Source: a virus
Direction: 5' to 3' (one strand)
IMG/VR virus record: IMGVR_UViG_3300044712_001401
Location: 1 to 64,000 of that record
DNA length: 64,000 nt
Position 1 is the stretch's first letter; every line of letters begins with the position of its first letter. Below are positions 58,445 to 64,000 of the stretch, in pieces. Both the position numbers and the translations under genes were made by a program. The notes under the pieces were generated by a model, which was not told where the DNA came from, searched no databases, and saw only the letters and a program-made list of their open reading frames with translations.

Positions 58445-60118
58445 GTGCCACGCGAGCCGATGAGAGAGCACTCCGGGACCGGCGCTTACAAGGTCTCCGG
58501 AAAATGGCTTACGCAGCATGCGCGGCTGCACAATGCCGATTTGTTGGGGAACGGCGTTGGATGGGACCGCCGCACGAAGGGACACATCGGCGCGCAAAAC
58601 TCCGACGAGCCACTTCGTATTGGGCCGGCGACGATTGTTGAAGTTGTATCTGGCGAGGCGTTCACGTATCGCGCGCGGTTTCGTTGGTGGTCGGGGACGT
58701 CTGGAATTTGGCAAGAAATGCAGGAAGACCTGCTGCTTGATTCGTCGGCATACTGGGAGGGCATCGTCTCAGACGAATCGGTTGAAGTCGGCATCTCGGG
58801 TGTGTGCTCGTTGCTCTCGGACGCGAGCAACTCTCCGGTGGCCGGGCCGGCGTTTGGTGCGATTCCAACGTTTTACGCAGGCGATGTGGTGATTGCTTAT
58901 TGGGACTCCGTGCGGCAGCGGCTCATTCCGATTATTTCTCCGCCGGAGCCAGAAGCGCAAGCCGAGTTCGTTTCGCTCACGCAGCAAGCGATTGCGTATC
59001 GAGCCGACCGCCCCGATTCAAACTATGTCGAGGCGTATATTGAAGTCTTGTTGCCGGCCGGTTCCTGGACGCGTCGCGCAAAGATTTGTTGGCCGGTTCC
59101 TCGTTACGACCGGGGGCGGTGGTACGATAGCCGGTCAGGCTTTTTGACGTTCTACGCACCGAACGCGTTGGGCTCAACTACGAGCGTTCGGATGCGTTTT
59201 GTGTCGTCCGTTTCGTCTTACGAAATTGACGTTCTTGAAGCTCGTCTGCGGTTCTACCCAATTGCGAGATTGTCAGTTGGAGCTACGGGGACCGGCTCGA
59301 CTGTCTCGGGGCGTTCTGGCGGAACCGTAAAGACGGGTTTTGCTGTCATCGGTGGAACGCCGGGGCGATTTGCCGATTCGCCCTATTTTTCGACTGCCGG
59401 CGGACCGGTCGATATCAGCTATTCGGACGCGTGCGACGGCTGGGTTATCGGTCTGGAATACTCGGCGATAATTGGCAACATCGAGCAATCATCGTCTGCC
59501 TCGTCGTCGTCTAGTTCGTCGTCGAGCAGCAGCAGCTCGTCTAGTTCGTCTAGCTCGTCGTCGAGCAGTAGCAGCTCGTCGAAGTCGTCATCCTCGTCAA
59601 GCGAGTCGTCAGAGCACACCTACTGCTACTGCGTGGTTGTCTCGGACGTAATTTGCAACTTGGACGGAACGGTCGCGGCCGTATGTTATACGACGCTGAC
59701 GCTGCCGATGGTCAATGGTAGCTGCGCGACTGTGTGCGGCACTCAATACTGCGTCCCGTGCGGCGAACGGTCCTCCGCATCGTCGATGTCGTCGGTGTCG
59801 TCGCAGTCGTCTCGCTCGTCGTCGTCGCACTCGTCTTCGTCGAAGTCGTCTTCGTCTTCGTCGTCTTCGTCGCACTCGTCTTCGAGCAAGTCGAGCGTGT
59901 CAAGTTTGTCGAGCGTGTCGAGCAACTCGGCGACGTCGATCAGCGCGTTGCTATTTTGCGAGGGCGGCTGCTTGTGGGTGGCGACGCAAGTAGAGCCGTA
60001 CGTTTGGGACACTCCGCCGGTCGATACGTGCGAGGCGGGCTGCGAGTGTCCACCCCCGTCGCGTCCAACTCCGACGGGACCAGAAGACCAACTCTATGAT
60101 TTTTGCGTGCCGAGCTAG
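58445..60118 (+). CDS. Tail tip/fibre-like protein with two poly-Ser tracts flanking Cys-rich modules
   Basis: Ser tracts approx. 59489-59612 and 59770-59943; clustered Cys residues. Confidence 0.65.
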   Translation: MPREPMREHSGTGAYKVSGKWLTQHARLHNADLLGNGVGWDRRTKGHIGAQNSDEPLRIGPATIVEVVSGEAFTYRARFRWWSGTSGIWQEMQEDLLLDSSAYWEGIVSDESVEVGISGVCSLLSDASNSPVAGPAFGAIPTFYAGDVVIAYWDSVRQRLIPIISPPEPEAQAEFVSLTQQAIAYRADRPDSNYVEAYIEVLLPAGSWTRRAKICWPVPRYDRGRWYDSRSGFLTFYAPNALGSTTSVRMRFVSSVSSYEIDVLEARLRFYPIARLSVGATGTGSTVSGRSGGTVKTGFAVIGGTPGRFADSPYFSTAGGPVDISYSDACDGWVIGLEYSAIIGNIEQSSSASSSSSSSSSSSSSSSSSSSSSSSSSSSKSSSSSSESSEHTYCYCVVVSDVICNLDGTVAAVCYTTLTLPMVNGSCATVCGTQYCVPCGERSSASSMSSVSSQSSRSSSSHSSSSKSSSSSSSSSHSSSSKSSVSSLSSVSSNSATSISALLFCEGGCLWVATQVEPYVWDTPPVDTCEAGCECPPPSRPTPTGPEDQLYDFCVPS

Positions 60119-60130
60119 ACGGAGCGAGCG

Positions 60131-61624
60131 ATGAGGCGGAGACGACGAAGCGGTGGCGGAGTGTCGTCGGCAATCGCGAGATATCGCGAGGCGATGGGGC
60201 GATGGAAAGCGGCCGGCAGTCCGCTTCGGACACCACAACGGATTGAGTACATCCACAAAAAAATTTGTCGGCCGTGCACTCATTACAAACCATTGCTCGG
60301 CGATTTTGGGGTCTGTCGGCTTTGCATGTGCAGCCTGAACTTAGGCAATCGCATGAACAAGCTAGCGTGGGCAACCGAAGAGTGTCCGGACGACCCGCCA
60401 AGGTGGCTTGCGGAGATTCCGGTTCCGGCGTCGTCCTCTCCGGTGAGCGGCGTTGCTCTCGGGGGCGACGTCCAACTAGACCAGACGGAGATAGACGGCA
60501 TGACGGACCAACCGACGGTGGCGGAGACAGGCGATCGAGAAGAGAATACCGGGCGACGAGCCAGAATCGAACGGCGCGCCGCGCGGCGAGCCGCAAGGCG
60601 AGCGGCGCGAGAAGCAGAACGGCAATCGGCGGATGCAGGGGCTTTAGATCACGTCGTAGCGGACGCGTCCGCCGGGGCGTTGGCAGAATCCGTCGAGCGA
60701 CGCCGGCGACGTCGCGAGCGACGAGCGGCTCCGCCGGCTATATCGCTTCCGGCAAACGCCGACCCGCTGGAGTTATTTGGCAAAAATAGCGAGCCAATCG
60801 GCCACGCGTTGCGCAACTTGTGGGCTCCTGCGCCGGCGTTTCTGGTGTGCGGAGGACCGTCGCTCCGCTCGCTCGACGTCTCTCTGCTCGGGCAGCGTGG
60901 CGTTGTCTCGCTAGGCGTGAACAACGTCGCGGGGTTCGCGCCCGTGCGCGCTTTCGTGTGCTCGGACCCGCCGGAAAAGTTTCATCACGGGATCTGGCTG
61001 GACCCAGCGATTCTCAAGTTTGTGCCACGACCAAAACTCCCGAAACGGATTCGCGCCAAACGCGAGGATGGCTCGTTCGCGTTTACGTCAATGAGAGTCG
61101 CGGACTGCCCATCAACTTTTGCCTTTACGCGAGATTCCGAGTGGGAGCCGGAAAACTTCTTGCGACGTCCGGCGGCGACGTGGGGCGTTGGCAAGGGCGC
61201 GGCGGAAAAGACCGGACGTCCGAAGCAATTTTGTACGATGCTGCTCGGGCTGCGGCTACTCTGTTATCTCGGCGCGCGTCGCGTGTACTTGCTAGGCGTT
61301 GATTTTGCGATGGGACCAACGGACGAGAGCGGAGCCGGGAACGGATACGCGTTTAACGAGCGGCGAGACGTCGACGCGGCGGCGAGCAACAACGCCAAAT
61401 ACAAAGACGTTGCAAAGCTCGTCGCGGAGCTGCGGCCGACGTTCGAGGCGGCCGGCGTCGAAGTGTTTAATTGCAACGCGTCTTCGGCACTGACGGCGTT
61501 TCCGTTCGTGTCGTTCGAGGACGCGATTGCCGACGCTCGCCACCATATTCCGCCAGAGCCGTTTGACTTGCTCGGGTGGTACGACAAAGACGACGAGCGA
61601 GAGCGAAAAGCCGACGCGGATTAA
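60131..61624 (+). CDS. Cys-rich N-terminal domain + Maf/DUF115-CstII-fold putative glycosyltransferase (paralogue 2)
   Basis: CRPC...CRLCMC...NKLAWATEECP; AFLVCGGPSL, LGVNN, VYLLGVDF, VFNCN.SS.L.AFP. Confidence 0.7.
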   Translation: MRRRRRSGGGVSSAIARYREAMGRWKAAGSPLRTPQRIEYIHKKICRPCTHYKPLLGDFGVCRLCMCSLNLGNRMNKLAWATEECPDDPPRWLAEIPVPASSSPVSGVALGGDVQLDQTEIDGMTDQPTVAETGDREENTGRRARIERRAARRAARRAAREAERQSADAGALDHVVADASAGALAESVERRRRRRERRAAPPAISLPANADPLELFGKNSEPIGHALRNLWAPAPAFLVCGGPSLRSLDVSLLGQRGVVSLGVNNVAGFAPVRAFVCSDPPEKFHHGIWLDPAILKFVPRPKLPKRIRAKREDGSFAFTSMRVADCPSTFAFTRDSEWEPENFLRRPAATWGVGKGAAEKTGRPKQFCTMLLGLRLLCYLGARRVYLLGVDFAMGPTDESGAGNGYAFNERRDVDAAASNNAKYKDVAKLVAELRPTFEAAGVEVFNCNASSALTAFPFVSFEDAIADARHHIPPEPFDLLGWYDKDDERERKADAD

Positions 61625-61750
61625 GGCAAACCGCAAATAAAATCCGCAAGTGCGGTCGATTTTACGAAAAAAGAACCTGCGGTTTTCATGCAGGAAACCG
61701 CAGGATTTCGTGAATCGACCATTTTTTTTGGTGGATTGCGTGCAGTGGGC

Positions 61751-61839
61751 TTGCATCCTATGCCGACTGTGGTAGTATTACCCCATCGGACGCACGGGGC
61801 GGACGAGACGAAAAGACGAGACGACGGGAGACGGGAAAC
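61751..61839 (+). promoter_or_regulatory. Repeated promoter/leader element, copy 8
   Basis: TTGCAT(61751)-16-TAGTAT(61773)-TACCCCATCGGACGCACGGGGCGGACGAGACG. Confidence 0.85.
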
Positions 61840-62679
61840 ATGAACGCCAACGAAATGACCTTCGGGATCGAAATCGAAACGCACGCCGGAGCCCAAGCCA
61901 TCGCGGCGGGGTTGGTCGTCGGAGGCTACGGAGTTGGAACCCAAGTCCCCTACCTTCCGGCCGGCTGGAAAGCGAGCCGAGACGGGTCAATCAACGCACC
62001 GGCCGGGCGAGTTTCGGCCGAAATCGTCTCGCCCATCCTGAAAGGCGAAGAGGGCTTGCGGCAAGTGGTCGAAGTCGTGCGAGCCTTGAATGCTCACGGA
62101 CACCAAGTCAATGCGTCGTGCGGCGTTCACGTTCACGTGGGGTTCGACCCCCGGCTGCCGGCCGAAAAGCTCGCTCGGCTTATGTCGGCCGTATCGCACC
62201 TGGAACGAGCCTTGTACGCCATCACGGGCACGAAGTCGCGAGAACGTGGTCACTATTGCGGCGGAATCCGCAAGTATGGCAATGTCAACGAAGCCAAGCG
62301 GAACATGGACCGGAGCCGGTATCACCTGCTCAACATCACCAACTTGGCTTCCGGCCGTCGGCCGACCGTGGAGTTCCGCGTGTTCTCCGGCTCGCTCAAC
62401 GAAGTCAAAATCGCGGGCTGGGTTCAAGTGGCTCTCGGCATCGTCGAGCGAGCCTTGAGCACGACCCGCGCCCCGAAGTGGGAGCCGAACGCTCGCAAGC
62501 TGTACGCCGGAACGGCGACCAGCGAGTGCCTTCGCCTGTTGCAATATCTCGGGTGGTATTTCGCCCCGGAAACGACCAAGCACTGGGGTTGGCTTGGTAA
62601 CGTCGTCGCGTTGAAAGACGTCCGCAAGATGTTCCGCCGGCTCGCCAAGAAGTACGACGCGGAACCGGCCGTCGCCTAG
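61840..62679 (+). CDS. Putative amidoligase (Amidoligase_2, COOH-NH2 ligase family)
   Basis: TFGIEIE, W....DGSI, EIVSP.L, VN.SCGVHVHVG, RY..LN, TVEFR.F.GSL. Confidence 0.92.
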   Translation: MNANEMTFGIEIETHAGAQAIAAGLVVGGYGVGTQVPYLPAGWKASRDGSINAPAGRVSAEIVSPILKGEEGLRQVVEVVRALNAHGHQVNASCGVHVHVGFDPRLPAEKLARLMSAVSHLERALYAITGTKSRERGHYCGGIRKYGNVNEAKRNMDRSRYHLLNITNLASGRRPTVEFRVFSGSLNEVKIAGWVQVALGIVERALSTTRAPKWEPNARKLYAGTATSECLRLLQYLGWYFAPETTKHWGWLGNVVALKDVRKMFRRLAKKYDAEPAVA

Positions 62680-62690
62680 TCGGACGCGAG

Positions 62691-62718
62691 CGGGGGGCGG
62701 CTCGCGGAGCCGCCCCCG
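62691..62718. terminator. GC-rich hairpin after the amidoligase gene
   Basis: GGGGGCGGCTC-GCG-GAGCCGCCCCC; no strong U tract. Confidence 0.5.
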
Positions 62719-62730
62719 TTCGGGGCTCGC

Positions 62731-62832
62731 AAAAAGAAAACCGGAAATCTTGTGCGGTGGGCTTGCATCCTATTCCGATGGTGGTAGTATTACCCCATCG
62801 GACGAACGCAACGCAAACGGGAGACGGGAATC
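62731..62832 (+). promoter_or_regulatory. Repeated promoter element, copy 9
   Basis: AAAAAGAAAACCGGAAATCTTGTGCGG, TTGCAT(62763)-16-TAGTAT(62785), TCGGACGAACGCAAC. Confidence 0.83.
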
Positions 62833-63129
62833 ATGAACGCCAACGAAACGAACGAAGTGCGAAACGAAGACAAGCCGGTGCTCGTTGGAATCCTGCGTAA
62901 CGCGAGCCGTCTTGGCTCGACGCTCGCAGACCTAGCGGCGGACACTGGTTTTACGGCTGCACGAATCGCGGCCGTTGCCAAGCGATACGAGGGGCGACGC
63001 TTTCGCGGCGGAGTCATCACCTATGTCGCGCCGCAGTCCGGCTCGTTCAAGTCCGCCTGCCCTGGAATCAAGAACCCGCGAACGGGCATCTCCGGCCGAG
63101 TTCCGGCCGAAGTTTTCGTGACGCGTTAG
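62833..63129 (+). CDS. Hypothetical protein (MNANETN...), possible HTH
   Basis: After leader and RBS; STLADLAADTGFTAARI. Confidence 0.7.
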   Translation: MNANETNEVRNEDKPVLVGILRNASRLGSTLADLAADTGFTAARIAAVAKRYEGRRFRGGVITYVAPQSGSFKSACPGIKNPRTGISGRVPAEVFVTR

Positions 63130-63184
63130 ACGAGACAAAACGGAACGAGACTAAACGAACAACTAGACGACGGGAGAGATTACG

Positions 63185-63874
63185 ATGTGCGGAGTTTTTG
63201 GTTTTGTGGCGAACGGGGATCGCGGGCCGAGTCTCAAGATGCTGCGTCTTTTGGCAAAAGAAACACAATCGCGAGGGCGTCACGCGTTCGGCTTGGCGTA
63301 CGTCAACCACGACGACGAAACGGTGCGGACGTGGAAGGCTCCGGGCGACGCCGACCAGCACTTGGCGCAGCTCGACGAAGTCGCAAATGCCCGCATCGTC
63401 ATCGGGCATTGCCGGTGGGCAACGCACGGATCGCCAGACGATAACGGCAACAACCACCCGCATGAAATCCGTAAGAGCGGCGGGTGGCTTGTCCACAATG
63501 GGGTCGTGCGCAATTATCGCGAAATCGTCAAGGCGTGCGGCGCTCGCATGCGGACGGAGTGCGACTCGGAAAGCCTTGCCATCCTGCTCGGCAAGCTCAA
63601 CGGAAGTGTCTCCCGTCGGCTCGCGAAAATGGCAGAGCTATCGTCGGGGGTCTTGGCGGTGCTGTCGATCATGCCGGGCGACGACGGCAGGCTGCGTCTC
63701 GGGGCAGTCCGTCGCGGTAATCCGTTGCACTATGCGGTGTCGCGTCACGGATACTATTTCGCGAGCTTGCCAAATGGGCTCGGCTACGCTCGCGAGTTTC
63801 CGGATTTGACGTCGTGGGAGTTCAACGGCGCAAAGCGACAAGCTGCGGCCGTCGTCGCGACGCTCCAAGCGTAA
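63185..63874 (+). CDS. Class II glutamine amidotransferase (Ntn hydrolase)
   Basis: MCG, RG..A.G, GHCRWATHG, N.HP, HNGV, DSE. Confidence 0.92.
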   Translation: MCGVFGFVANGDRGPSLKMLRLLAKETQSRGRHAFGLAYVNHDDETVRTWKAPGDADQHLAQLDEVANARIVIGHCRWATHGSPDDNGNNHPHEIRKSGGWLVHNGVVRNYREIVKACGARMRTECDSESLAILLGKLNGSVSRRLAKMAELSSGVLAVLSIMPGDDGRLRLGAVRRGNPLHYAVSRHGYYFASLPNGLGYAREFPDLTSWEFNGAKRQAAAVVATLQA

Positions 63875-64000
63875 CGCGATTACGTGACGCACGGCGAGGC
63901 GTTCGCTACGATGTGCGAGCCTATCGACGGCTCGCGCGTGGCGAGAGTTTTAGACGGACCGGAAAAGCTCAGACGGAGAGAGACGATGGAACATAGACGA

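Noticed and set aside
163-62832. Repeated element as a CRISPR array or IS ends
   Set aside because: Copies are kilobases apart, no cas or transposase gene is seen, and each has -35/-10 geometry upstream of a gene.

Overview
This window is part of a GC-rich, tailed dsDNA phage genome with an HK97-type head and a non-contractile-looking tail. The host is probably a Planctomycete, inferred from the DUF3150-like/DUF1257/DUF2997 genes and the style of the TerS-like protein. Layout: early/accessory genes (0.2-13 kb, with two tandem ParB-DNA methyltransferases and an ASCH protein); TerS-like and TerL genes (13.4-16.1 kb); about 17 kb of small accessory genes (Lar-like, DUF6011, MazG-like, a third MTase, a degenerate NDP-sugar dehydrogenase, DUF1643, a Maf-like transferase); then portal, MuF, prohead protease, major capsid, neck, tail tube, tail chaperone with a -1 frameshift, tape measure and tail tip genes (33-61.6 kb); and finally amidoligase and glutamine amidotransferase genes. 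No integrase, replication or lysis genes, tRNAs or CRISPR arrays were recognised. Main observations: (1) an intein in the MuF head protein has no recognisable in-frame endonuclease, but its opposite strand encodes an HTH + Vsr/DUF559-like nuclease with its own candidate RBS and promoter built into the intein and extein codons; (2) the prohead protease carries an inserted, motif-complete AAA+ ATPase; (3) four morphogenesis-region proteins have long poly-Ser tracts and the phage encodes two Maf/CstII-fold transferases, suggesting a virion O-glycosylation system; (4) nine dispersed copies of a promoter element with a 16-bp spacer and a conserved leader each head a cassette of small genes. All family assignments come from recognising motifs by eye; no database searches were run.
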